Below are positions 46,470 to 56,711 of a stretch of DNA of 64,000 nt, piece by piece; position 1 is the first letter of the stretch; every line of letters begins with the position of its first letter. The translations under genes were made by a program, and so were the position numbers. A model generated the notes under the pieces. That model ran no database searches. It worked only from the letters and a program-made list of their open reading frames with translations, and was not told the origin of the DNA. Source of the DNA: Podospora anserina (Eukaryota); the NCBI GenBank assembly GCA_017654855.1, contig CM030337.1:1116001-1180000 (forward strand), given 5' to 3'.

Positions 46470-49400
46470 ATGACGGAGCTTAGTACAACCGTGGCGGTTG
46501 CTGCCGCTGCGGGCTCCGATGCTTTGTCCTCTGCCGTAGCCACGGCCAGCGATGTAGCAAACACCCACGGCTCGTCATCTTGGCTGGGCATGTTCACAAA
46601 GGTCCTCATCTGGGTTTTGCAGCTCCTGTCAACAATACTCTACTATGTCATCAAGCTGGCCACCATATCGGTCCCGACGCTGCTTTACAACAACCTGTTC
46701 TCCAAGAGCTGGACCGTCACCATGAACGCAACAACGCTCATGCTCATTATAGCTGCTATTGCCTTGGGCATGGCCTACTTTGTCCGCTATCACTATCTCA
46801 CTTCGTATGAGAGATTACCGCCAGAACCCCAACGCAAGCAGCCGAGCATCGAAATATTCTCAAACACCAGAGAGGAGGATGCGAAGGCTGCCTTGGCCAC
46901 CTATCTGGACCAGTTCATCAGCGCTATCAAGATCTTTGGCTATCTGGAGGCTTCTGTCTACCATGAGCTCACCCGAAGTGTCCAAACTAGGACACTCATA
47001 GCTGGAGAAACTTTGAATCTGGAGGAAGAGGAGGGGTTCTGTCTGGTGGTGAATGGGCTGGTGGAGATCTTTGTCAAGTCAGGAGAGAACCGTTCGTTTG
47101 CTCATAGCCCACATATCAGCGCTGTGGACGGGTTGAGTTCGAGCGACGATGAGCATTCGATTCCTGGGCAGCAGCGTTACCAGCTTTTGACCGAGGTTCG
47201 CAATGGTGCGCCCATGTCATCGATTTTCTCCATCATGTCTCTATTCACCGAAGATGTACCCCTGAGGTCTCCAGAAGATGAGGTGTCTGGGCCTGGCCTG
47301 TTTGCTGGGTATCCGCCGAGCGCAGGCTATCCGCCGAGTGCAGGACTGGGAGTGGTACGTCCTCGTCTGGCGCCCATGTCACAACCAGTGACACAGCCAG
47401 GGACACCTCAAAGGCATGATTCTGCGACGAGCTCAATAGAGAACCTACCAGAATCTGTCATTACGCCCGAGACTCCTGTCTCTGTTGATACACTGCCCCA
47501 TGTTCCGCCAATCAGCCTTGACACAGGCACGGCCAGCAGGCCAAAGAGACCAATCCCGAAGCGGGCAGCAACCAGCTCTGCTCATCCAGACATCATTGCG
47601 AGGGCGACGGTGGACACAACCATAGCCATCATTCCCGCCAGTGCCTTTAGACGTCTAATCCGCATCTATCCCAAGGCAACCTCACACATTGTCCATGTGA
47701 TACTGTCCCGATTCCAGAGAGTCACGCTCGCCACTGCGTACAACTACTTGGGTCTGACTGCGGAGGTCATGCAGATTGAGCGCAACATGCTCAAGTACAC
47801 GACACGTGAGCTTCCAAACCACTTACGGGGCGACGCGCTGGACAGACTCAAGGAGAAATTCAAGAAGGAGAGGGAGCGGCTAGGCGAGGAAGAAGTTGGT
47901 AAGGGGATCGCTCTCCACAATGCCGGAGCTGGCCGTCGCCGCCAGTCTCAAGCTACCTTGCGGAAAGACGCCGTGCTGCAAGCCTTCGCAAAGCAAAGAC
48001 ACCGATCGCTTGTTGGTTCGGGTGATGGCCCCAGCCCCGGAGACCTCTTGGGAGACATGCAGGCAGCCAGAAGTGGTGGCCATCACCACCGAGCTCCCAC
48101 TCTCTCGGCCACCTCACCTCAGTTTGACCTGCATGTCCCACGGGAAGCCATGTCTCCCCTTGCCCAGCGGACTCCCAACCCTTTCAATACGCTGAGGAAC
48201 CCCCATGTGTCCATAGCCAAAGGGGAATCGGTCGATGAAGATAACCTCTTCAGAGAGTCCATCCTGGAGTGCATGTTCAAAGCCCTGGGCTTGGCTAATA
48301 ATGGGACAGTCAAGGACACGGATTCTGTTCAGGCGTCTCCACGGCTAGTATCGCTTGATGGGCGCCGCCAGAAAGCCGTCTTTACTACTGGGGCATTTGG
48401 TCTCATGGGCGGCGTGGGGGCATCTGCTGATGGCGATACAGAGTCGGTAGCTTCTACAGGATTTTCTGCTGTTCCAGTCAACCCCACTGTTCTAGCACAA
48501 GAAATGAGAGACGAAGTGGAAATCGTCTTCTTCCCCAAGGGTTCGGTACTAGTGGAGCAAGGCGAGCGGAATCCTGGGCTTTACTATGTTGTCGATGGCT
48601 TCCTCGATGTCTGTACCCAGACGGAGGATTCGCACTCGGATATTATCCACTCGTCAGGGAGCACGTCGCTGCATGCTATGGATAGTTACGAATCACTCTG
48701 TGCACCCCACCAGAGACACTCGTCGATACCCGGAGCAAAGGATGGCCACTTCAGGAACGCACGCAAGAAAAAGACGGGACGACGGAGTGTGGCGCTGATC
48801 AAGCCTGGCGGTCTGGCAGGCTATATCGGGACGATTTCGTCCTACAGATCATTCATCGACGTTGTCGCCAAAACTGATGTCTATGTCGGCTTCCTGCCGC
48901 TGACGTCGATTGAGAAGATTGTGGACCGATATCCCATTGTGTTGTTGACCATGGCCAAGAGACTGACAAACCTACTTCCTCGCCTCATTCTGCACATTGA
49001 CTTTGCGCTGGAGTGGGTTCACGTCAATGCCGGACAGGTGATTTTCAACGAGAAAGAAGAGAGCGAAGCCATCTACATTGTGCTAAATGGACGTCTCAGG
49101 CTAGTAGAGCAGCGAGAGGACGGTGGCAGCAATGTCAAGGCCGAGTATGGTCAAGGCGAGAGTATCGGTGAGCTCGAGGTTCTCACAGAGTCGAGCCGCT
49201 CGGGAACTTTGCAGGCCATTCGTGAAACTGAGCTTGTCAAGTTTCCACGCACTCTGTTCAACAGTCTGGCACAGGAACACCCCAACATCACGATCAAGAT
49301 TTCCAAGATCATTGCATCCCGCATGAGAGCGCTGATCGACGACCCCACCAAGATGCTGAGCCCTAAGGATTCGGGCAGCAGGATATCAACCACCAGGATC

Positions 49401-51029
49401 TCATCGACACTCAACCTGAGGACGGTTGCTATCCTGCCAGTAACTTCGGGCGTTCCCGTTGTGGACTTTGGACACAAGTTGCTCAGTGCTCTGCAACAAG
49501 TCGGCATTCCCAACGGGGCTACCTTGTTGAACCACGTCGCGGTGCTCAACCATCTGGGCAAACACGCCTTTGCCAAGATTGGCAAGCTCAAGCTTAGCCA
49601 GTATCTTGCGGACTTGGAGGAAAAGTACGGGCTGGTGATCTACATTGCGGACACCAACCCTAATACTCCGTGGACGCAGACCTGCATCTCTCAGGCCGAT
49701 TGCGTGTTGTTAGTCGGGGTGGCTGAGGGATCGCCGGAGATAGGGGACTATGAGCATTTCATGCTGGGTCTCAAGGCCACTGCCCGCAAGATCTTGGTCT
49801 TGCTGCATCCTGAGCGGTATTCTAACCCAGGTCTTACCAGAGCTTGGCTCAAGAACCGGCCATGGATTAATGGTGGCCACTTCCACATCCAGATGGCCTA
49901 CAGTCCCACACTGCCGCCAATGCACACCGGAGCCAAGCGAACCCTTAAACAAACAGTCCAAAACATCCAAGCCGAGATTCAAAAGTTCACCTCCCGCCGT
50001 GTTCGCCATAGCTACATGCCTGACGCGCCTTACAAAGGCGACTTCCACCGTCTCGCCCGTCGCCTCTGCGGGAAGTCTGTCGGTCTGGTTCTTGGTGGCG
50101 GCGGAGCCCGTGGCATTGCTCAAATCGGCGTCATTCGCGCCATGGAAGAAGCCGGCATTCCCATCGATATCATTGGAGGCACCTCCATCGGCGCTTTCAT
50201 TGGCGCCCTCTACGCCCAGCACGCCAACATGGTACCGATATACGGCCTCGCAAAGAAGTTTGCCGGTCGCATGGCAAGCATCTGGCGTTTCGCCCTCGAC
50301 TTGACCTACCCCTCTGCCTCGTACACCACCGGCCACGAATTCAACCGCGGGATTTACAAAGCCTTTGCCAAAACCCAAATCGAAGACTTCTGGCTGGAAT
50401 ACTACTGCAACACGACGAACATTTCCAAATCCCGCGCCGAGTTCCACACGAGCGGTTACGCATGGCGATATGTCCGCGCATCCATGTCCCTCGCGGGTTT
50501 GCTCCCTCCCCTTTGCGACGAAGGGAGCATGCTCCTCGACGGGGGGTACATCGACAACCTCACCGTCTCGCACATGAAATCGCTCGGTTCCGACGTCATC
50601 TTTGCCGTCGACGTGGGCGCGCTGGACGACAACACGCCGCAGCAGTTTGGTGACACTTTGTCGGGGGTGTGGGCGTTTTTTAACAGGTGGAACCCGCTGA
50701 GCAATGTGCCCAACCCGCCCACGCTGGCGGAGATACAGGCGAGGTTGGCGTATGTGAGCAGTGTGGATGCGTTGGAGAGGGCGAAGACGATGCCGGGGTG
50801 CTTCTACATGAGGCCGCCGATCGATGAGTATGGGACGTTGGACTTTGGGAAGTTTAACGAGATTTATGAGGTTGGGTATGAGTATGGACGGGGGTATCTG
50901 AAGGAGTTGAGGGAGAAGGGGGTGTTGCCGTTGATTGGGGAGGATGGGAATGGGGGGAAGGAGAAGGGGGATGGGGGAGGGAAGGCGGGGTTGAGGAGGA
51001 CTATGGCGCCGAGGAGGAATAGTATCTGA
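46470..51029 (+). CDS. NTE1: Lysophospholipase NTE1 (patatin + cyclic-nucleotide-binding domains)
   Basis: 1519-aa ORF with N-terminal TM segments, cNMP-like domains, and patatin motifs GGGGARG, GTSIG (GxSxG) and DGGY. Confidence 0.95.
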   Translation: MTELSTTVAVAAAAGSDALSSAVATASDVANTHGSSSWLGMFTKVLIWVLQLLSTILYYVIKLATISVPTLLYNNLFSKSWTVTMNATTLMLIIAAIALGMAYFVRYHYLTSYERLPPEPQRKQPSIEIFSNTREEDAKAALATYLDQFISAIKIFGYLEASVYHELTRSVQTRTLIAGETLNLEEEEGFCLVVNGLVEIFVKSGENRSFAHSPHISAVDGLSSSDDEHSIPGQQRYQLLTEVRNGAPMSSIFSIMSLFTEDVPLRSPEDEVSGPGLFAGYPPSAGYPPSAGLGVVRPRLAPMSQPVTQPGTPQRHDSATSSIENLPESVITPETPVSVDTLPHVPPISLDTGTASRPKRPIPKRAATSSAHPDIIARATVDTTIAIIPASAFRRLIRIYPKATSHIVHVILSRFQRVTLATAYNYLGLTAEVMQIERNMLKYTTRELPNHLRGDALDRLKEKFKKERERLGEEEVGKGIALHNAGAGRRRQSQATLRKDAVLQAFAKQRHRSLVGSGDGPSPGDLLGDMQAARSGGHHHRAPTLSATSPQFDLHVPREAMSPLAQRTPNPFNTLRNPHVSIAKGESVDEDNLFRESILECMFKALGLANNGTVKDTDSVQASPRLVSLDGRRQKAVFTTGAFGLMGGVGASADGDTESVASTGFSAVPVNPTVLAQEMRDEVEIVFFPKGSVLVEQGERNPGLYYVVDGFLDVCTQTEDSHSDIIHSSGSTSLHAMDSYESLCAPHQRHSSIPGAKDGHFRNARKKKTGRRSVALIKPGGLAGYIGTISSYRSFIDVVAKTDVYVGFLPLTSIEKIVDRYPIVLLTMAKRLTNLLPRLILHIDFALEWVHVNAGQVIFNEKEESEAIYIVLNGRLRLVEQREDGGSNVKAEYGQGESIGELEVLTESSRSGTLQAIRETELVKFPRTLFNSLAQEHPNITIKISKIIASRMRALIDDPTKMLSPKDSGSRISTTRISSTLNLRTVAILPVTSGVPVVDFGHKLLSALQQVGIPNGATLLNHVAVLNHLGKHAFAKIGKLKLSQYLADLEEKYGLVIYIADTNPNTPWTQTCISQADCVLLVGVAEGSPEIGDYEHFMLGLKATARKILVLLHPERYSNPGLTRAWLKNRPWINGGHFHIQMAYSPTLPPMHTGAKRTLKQTVQNIQAEIQKFTSRRVRHSYMPDAPYKGDFHRLARRLCGKSVGLVLGGGGARGIAQIGVIRAMEEAGIPIDIIGGTSIGAFIGALYAQHANMVPIYGLAKKFAGRMASIWRFALDLTYPSASYTTGHEFNRGIYKAFAKTQIEDFWLEYYCNTTNISKSRAEFHTSGYAWRYVRASMSLAGLLPPLCDEGSMLLDGGYIDNLTVSHMKSLGSDVIFAVDVGALDDNTPQQFGDTLSGVWAFFNRWNPLSNVPNPPTLAEIQARLAYVSSVDALERAKTMPGCFYMRPPIDEYGTLDFGKFNEIYEVGYEYGRGYLKELREKGVLPLIGEDGNGGKEKGDGGGKAGLRRTMAPRRNSI

Positions 51030-51335
51030 ATTTTTGGGAATTTTTTATTTTTTATTATTTTTATTTATTTATTTAATTTATTTATTTTTTGGTTAGCGAG
51101 GGACGGGGGTGTAGATTAGCGTTTTTGTTTTTGGGGAGGTGTAAAAAGGGGCATGCATGTTTGGTGTTGTTGGTATTTGGTATTTATATACATGTTCTTT
51201 ACAAATAGTCTAACAAGAAAGAGATTTATTTTTTCAAAACTTCCAGCCATGATTATTACTCGCTTTTTATTTTTATTTTTACATGGTGTTGGTTATTCCA
51301 CTCCCACAATCAATCCAACCCCCGAGTGTGAAAAA

Positions 51336-52557
51336 TCACCACAAAACAGTAGTATTACAAACCATCCTCTGTCCCCGGACCTGGTCGACCACCTCCTTTT
51401 TATGCCAACACCTCGCGAAACGTTTCGCTTCGGAGGGGTGATCAAAGCCGATCAAGAAACGGGAATACACCTTGATTTCTTCCCCCTTTTTCTTCTTACC
51501 CCCTGTATCCCCGGTAGAATTATCATTTTGCGACTCTGGCAATCCGACATAGCTCATCGTCGCCCTCAGCGGTGTGATGGCGCCCTTTTTCCTGGTTTTG
51601 GGGAGTATCCCCCAGGGTGCGTCGTCGTTTTGGATCAGATGGGATAGATACCGGGGTGTGAGCTTGCCGTTGCTCAGGCGGAGGAGGATGAAATTCCCTG
51701 CTGCCTGTTGAGGGACATCGGAAAAGGGTTGGGGGATTGGTAGTAGACGGGCTTGGTTGGTCTTTGGGAGGGTGCTGGTTAGGAAGGAGGTTTGAAGGCT
51801 TGACAAGGGGTGGATGGAGGAGGTTATGGTCGGGATGTGAGGGGGGATGAGGGAGTGAGGTATGGATTGGGGGGTGGGGGGAGGGGGGGAGGAGAGACGG
51901 GATAGGAGGGCGGAGCGGGAGAGGGAGTGTTGGGTTTTGAGGAGGGAGAGGTAAGATAGGGCTGAGGGGCGGGAGGGGAAGAAGAGGTAGAAGATTTCGG
52001 TTGGGGAGAGGTGGTGGGGGGTACGGTGTTGGATTACTATAGCAGGCGGTTAGTCTTTGGGGGGGGGCCAAGAAGGGGGGAGGGGGGAGGGAACCTTTGT
52101 CGGGACCGCTGGTCCAGCCTTGGACGTGTTGGCCTGACGGGGAGACGCGGTAGAAGTCTGATTCTAGGAGGTCTCGGGGGGCGGAGAGGATGAGGACTGT
52201 TGGGGCGTTGGGGTCTTTGTCAGTGGTGGTGGTGGTGGTGGTGTCATCGGCGAAGGTGGACTGGAGCTGCTTTAGCCATTCGCCGAGTTCTTGGTCGTCG
52301 TGGAGGGATATTCGTGGTGGTTCGGGGTCATCGTTTTGGGCGGCGGTGGCGGTGGTGGTGTTGCCTAAGGGTGAGGCTTTGGATGGTTGGGGGGTGGAGG
52401 CTTTGGGGAAGAGCCGGTTGTAGAGGGAGGGTTTGGTTCTTTTTTGGTGATTGGTTTTGGGTTCTGATGAGGATGCGAAATGGCGACGGGCTACTGTTGT
52501 GAGTTGCCATGGTTGGGAGGTGAGTGGCTGCAGTATGTGCAGTCGTTTTGGTGGCAT
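51336..52557 (-). CDS. Uncharacterised, probably mitochondrion-targeted protein
   Basis: Exons 52557-52095 and 52036-51336; phase-1 intron GTTCCC...GACTAAC...TAG. The spliced frame is open through LLESDFYRV...GW...K-VIQHRTPHHLSPTEIFYLFF to the 51336 stop. Presequence-like start (...VARRHFASS). Confidence 0.7.
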
Positions 52558-52864
52558 TTTGTGAGATGGCTTATAGAGTTGTGAACTGTCGAATAAGTGT
52601 GAGCGAGTGTGTGTGAGTGAGAGGTGGTTGTGAAAACTGTGCCAAGACACGGCCCCACCCACGGCGCCGGGAACGCCTTCCGAGCCGGCACCGGCAGGTC
52701 GCTCTTTCCTGAGAAATATTCCAAATTCTAGGTTTTGGAAAAGTGTAATTAGTTTATGAGGCGTTATGTGGCTCACGAGCGCCCCAGATACAAGCCTCAT
52801 TATTCCCAAACTATTTCTTCCGACAGGTAAGCATCACAAATTTGCGCATGTTGCAAATTCTTTC

Positions 52865-53095
52865 AGGTGCCGAAAATACTAACTTGGACCTTCAGATATC
52901 TCGCATACGCCTCTCAAAATACTCAATAGGTGCTCAAAACACATCAATAGGCCTTAAATTATCTTCAATAGGCCTTATATTATCTTTGACAGGCCTTGAA
53001 CTATATTTGACAGGCCTTGAAATATTTTTGACAGGCCTAGAATCATCTCCAATACGCCTTCGACTATCGCTTTGACACCTTCAAGAGATCATTCG
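52865..53095. repeat. Degenerate 21-bp tandem array (~11 units, AGGCCTT core) upstream of the AAA ATPase
   Basis: Cores or variants at 52865, 52886, 52907, 52928, 52949, 52970, 52991, 53012, 53033, 53054 and 53075 (exact 21-nt spacing). Confidence 0.85.
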
Positions 53096-53105
53096 AGACG
53101 TCAAA

Positions 53106-55421
53106 ATGAAGAGTTTAGACTTCCGAATCCGGAAGCTACACGTCAACACCGACGCCGACAAGCGTCTACAGAAGCGACAACCTTCTCGGATCTATGTCAA
53201 CGAGGAGGCTCTGATCGAATTAACGGGCTCAAAAGACGGTGGCAAGGCTGTCTGTATCGAAAGGATCCATGAGCTAAATGCTGTGAGGCGTGAGGCCACT
53301 CTGTGGAAGGCCCCCGAAAAGCTGGATAAAGCCGTCACACAAATGTACGACGATTTTCGGACTGCCTGCGGCTTCAACCTTGGCGAGCAAGTGCGCATCA
53401 CTGCGCTTGGCGGAGCTCTCCCAGACGCCGATGAGGTCATCGTCGAGCAAAAGCCGAGCGAAGATGGTTCGCTACCAGACCCCATTTTCCCCGAAGATCT
53501 CCCAGGCTGGATTGTTCTTATCGCAGGGCGTCTCTCACAAATCGAACATGTACACACCGGCTGGACCATCAAGGACCTCTACGTCCGGGGCCCAAAACGT
53601 TCTTTCATTGTCACCTCGGTCAATGGGAGGCCTACTGGTAACGCACGATATATCGACAGGAAAACCCGGCTGGTTGTTGGGACAGCGGCGCGCACGAACG
53701 AGACTGGCGAGGGACCAGTCAAACCTTTGGAGAGGAAACTCGAATTAAGGGGTATCCAAGGTCTGGACGCACCCCTCAAGAAGCTCAACGACCTGCTGCG
53801 AGCCTTCACCTTTGGAGGCATCAAGAAGAGCTTCACGTTCCCAGGCATCGTCATCCATGGTGGCCACGGCACTGGGAAGACAATGCTCCTCAACAGTCTA
53901 GCCCACACAGGCTGGGGAACAGTTTTCCGTATCAAGTTCAAGGACAAACTCGGCGAGATTCAGGAGACTTTTCAGACAGCAAAGCTTCAGCAACCAAGTA
54001 TCATCCTGATCGACCAGCTCGAGAGGCTGATTGACAAGGACCGCAGCAACCGAGATGCCGTCATTCTCGCCCTCTGTGATTTGTTGGACGGCCTGGCGGC
54101 AGAAAAATCGACGAAGGGAGAGGCCCCCCAGGTGCTCGTGGTGGCCACCTGCTTGGATTATACGTCCGACATACCCGAAGACCTCAAAGACCCCGGTCGG
54201 TTCACTTCTGAGATTTACCTTCCCATGCCAGACGTAGAGGGTCGCCGTGAGATTCTCTCATCGTTGGATCTCTGTGTTCCACCAGACCAAGAGGACGAGC
54301 TTCTCAACCAACTGAGTGCAAGCACTCACGCCTACAATGGCAAGGACTTGAGGCGGCTGGCAGACGAAGCCTGCTTGATCGGTACAACCCGTCATCTATC
54401 GACACTTACGGTTTCTGCGCCCACCCCTGACCAATCTCGCCTTCTTTCTCCTCCACCCGAAACCGAAGAGGACGAATCTGCTCCCGCTTCGGCGCCCGCC
54501 ACCCTCATTCCCGCCGACTATCACAATGCGCTCCGGCTTGTCCGCCCGTCCCTGATGCACGATATCAACCTCAAGCCGCCCCCGATCCACTGGGACGACA
54601 TCGCCGGCCAATCTCTCGTCAAACAGTCCCTCCGTCGCGCCGTCCGTTTGTCCTTGGAACCCCCCGAGGTCCTCGCGCAATTCTTCGACCGTCCCCCGAA
54701 GGGCTTCCTGCTGTATGGACCTCCAGGTTGTTCCAAGACCATGGCGGCTCAGGCCATGGCTACCGAATCCGGCCTCAACTTCTTCGCTGTCAAGGGTGCC
54801 GAGCTGCTGAACATGTACGTTGGTGAATCTGAGCGAGCCGTCCGCCGGTTGTTCCAGCGTGCCCGCGAGGTTGCCCCCAGCATGATCTTCTTTGATGAAA
54901 TCGACAGCATCGCCGGCCAGCGCTCTGGTTTCTCGTCTTCGTCTTCCAAATCAAACGGTTCCAGCGGCGGTGTCAACGTTCTGACGACGTTATTAAACGA
55001 GATGGACGGTTTTGAAGCCCTCCACGGCGTCGTCGTCCTGGCAGCGACCAACCGTCCCCATGCTCTTGACCCGGCATTGCTTCGCCCAGGTCGATTCGAT
55101 GAACTGATTTACGTCTCACCGCCAGACCAGGAGGCACGCCGTGCCATCTTTACCAAGGTCGGTGCCAAGAGGAAGATGAACGACGACGTAGATATCGACA
55201 AGTTGGTTGAGGATACGGAGGGCTATTCCGGTGCAGAGATCAAGGGCATCTGCGCGGCAGCAGGAGTGGCGGCTTACGATCGGTTCATCAAGGAGGGAGG
55301 TACGGACGTGGGAATACGGATGGGTGATCTGGAGCATGCTATTAAGAACCAAAAGAAGCAGATCACACGGGAGATGATCAAGGGGTTTGAAGACTGGGAG
55401 AGGCAGTTTGGGAAGGTTTGA
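53106..55421 (+). CDS. AFG2: Type II AAA+ ATPase, Afg2/Drg1 (SPATA5)-like 60S maturation factor
   Basis: D2 has the subfamily-typical GPPGCSKT, VKGAELLNMYVGESERAVR, FFDEIDS and ATNRPHALDPALLRPGRFD. D1 has GGHGTGKT with a degenerate Walker B. Confidence 0.8.
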   Translation: MKSLDFRIRKLHVNTDADKRLQKRQPSRIYVNEEALIELTGSKDGGKAVCIERIHELNAVRREATLWKAPEKLDKAVTQMYDDFRTACGFNLGEQVRITALGGALPDADEVIVEQKPSEDGSLPDPIFPEDLPGWIVLIAGRLSQIEHVHTGWTIKDLYVRGPKRSFIVTSVNGRPTGNARYIDRKTRLVVGTAARTNETGEGPVKPLERKLELRGIQGLDAPLKKLNDLLRAFTFGGIKKSFTFPGIVIHGGHGTGKTMLLNSLAHTGWGTVFRIKFKDKLGEIQETFQTAKLQQPSIILIDQLERLIDKDRSNRDAVILALCDLLDGLAAEKSTKGEAPQVLVVATCLDYTSDIPEDLKDPGRFTSEIYLPMPDVEGRREILSSLDLCVPPDQEDELLNQLSASTHAYNGKDLRRLADEACLIGTTRHLSTLTVSAPTPDQSRLLSPPPETEEDESAPASAPATLIPADYHNALRLVRPSLMHDINLKPPPIHWDDIAGQSLVKQSLRRAVRLSLEPPEVLAQFFDRPPKGFLLYGPPGCSKTMAAQAMATESGLNFFAVKGAELLNMYVGESERAVRRLFQRAREVAPSMIFFDEIDSIAGQRSGFSSSSSKSNGSSGGVNVLTTLLNEMDGFEALHGVVVLAATNRPHALDPALLRPGRFDELIYVSPPDQEARRAIFTKVGAKRKMNDDVDIDKLVEDTEGYSGAEIKGICAAAGVAAYDRFIKEGGTDVGIRMGDLEHAIKNQKKQITREMIKGFEDWERQFGKV

Positions 55422-55694
55422 AGGCCTGGAATTTTGTGAATTAGGCGTAGGTACTATCTACCTAGGCCTTTTTGGTATGTAAACAGGCCTTCTTGGTATC
55501 CAAGTAGGCATTCGTACTATCAAAATAGGCCTTTTTGCCATTTTATTGTGCTTTTTAGAACCGAAATATGTGGTTTGACTAATACTGATCTGCCTTTTTA
55601 CTATTTTTATAGGTCTTCTTGAATGTCAAGAGGCCTACCATATGTGTGAACATGCCACCTTAACTATCATTGAAGGCGTTCTGACTAGCCAAGT
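55422..55694. repeat. Degenerate 21-bp tandem array (AGGCCTT core) starting directly after the AAA ATPase stop codon
   Basis: Cores or variants at 55422, 55443, 55464, 55485, 55506, 55527, 55590, 55611, ~55631 and 55674. Confidence 0.8.
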
Positions 55695-56711
55695 TTTAAA
55701 CAGCTCTCTGGGAACCATTCCAGCACACTCATTGGGCAATGCAAGAAATGCCCTCACCTAGCACAAACCAGCAACAGGCCAGAGGGACCGTCGGTGGTGT
55801 TGAACACAGACAGACTAGTCCTTTCGTGGTTTATTTCCCCTATCAGAATGCCACTAGGATTCCACAAGACAATGACTGACATGGGATAAATTTAGCGACA
55901 ACCCCCGCCATTTTAGGGGACTTTTTGCCTCTCCACAGACCCCCCCCGGCCGTCCCCCAGCTGAGTGCCGAAGTGACGTCAAGTAACCCACCATTTCTTA
56001 TCACGGGGAGCAGACAATCCCAAGGTCGCCATCAGAGAAGCAGTCACGAGCCAGCCAAAAGGGAAGGGAACAAGATAGTGTGTGAAGTGCGACCTGAAGC
56101 ACTGTGGGAGCAGCAAGAAACACAAGATAGTATTTTTTTTAATTTTTTTTTGGTTACGCTACCTAGGTTATTCACTGGCGCGGGCACTCCGAACGACTGA
56201 CTGAATATTGACAACGTCTTTTTTTCCCTCTCCCCCTTCTTTCCCCGCAGCCCGCTCGCGGTTCAGCCTTCTCTATTTTTTTTGTTTTTACACCCGCCGC
56301 CGCAGCCCATCCCTTGCGAACAGTTGTCTGTTTCGTTGCCTGTGTGTGTCGCATTCTCATTTTGCCCCTGTCGCAAAACTATTTTGCGACCAAGACCGCG
56401 CGCAACAAAAGGCAAAAAGAAATCAGTCGTAATATTCAACATATCGGCAGCGCGCGCGCGACGTAGGACACGACACACACCCCAATCCTGTTCCTGTTGT
56501 TTCCTCCCTCCCTCGAGTCAAGCCCCGTTGTTCCCCAGACGAGCAAACAGACTGAAACGAAACAGGTGGTGGTCTGTTACTCGTGTGTCAACACAAACAC
56601 ACAAACCCATCTGAACTACCATAACCCAACCTTCCCCGACCTCGATAATACCGAATAATCATACCAAAATAATCACCCAAAAAACACACGGGGCGACACC
56701 GTCACCAAAAA

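Noticed and set aside
52865-55694. CRISPR interpretation of the core-plus-variable-spacer arrays
   Set aside because: Eukaryotic context, a conserved core of only 6-7 nt, 14-nt spacers that resemble each other, and no cas genes.
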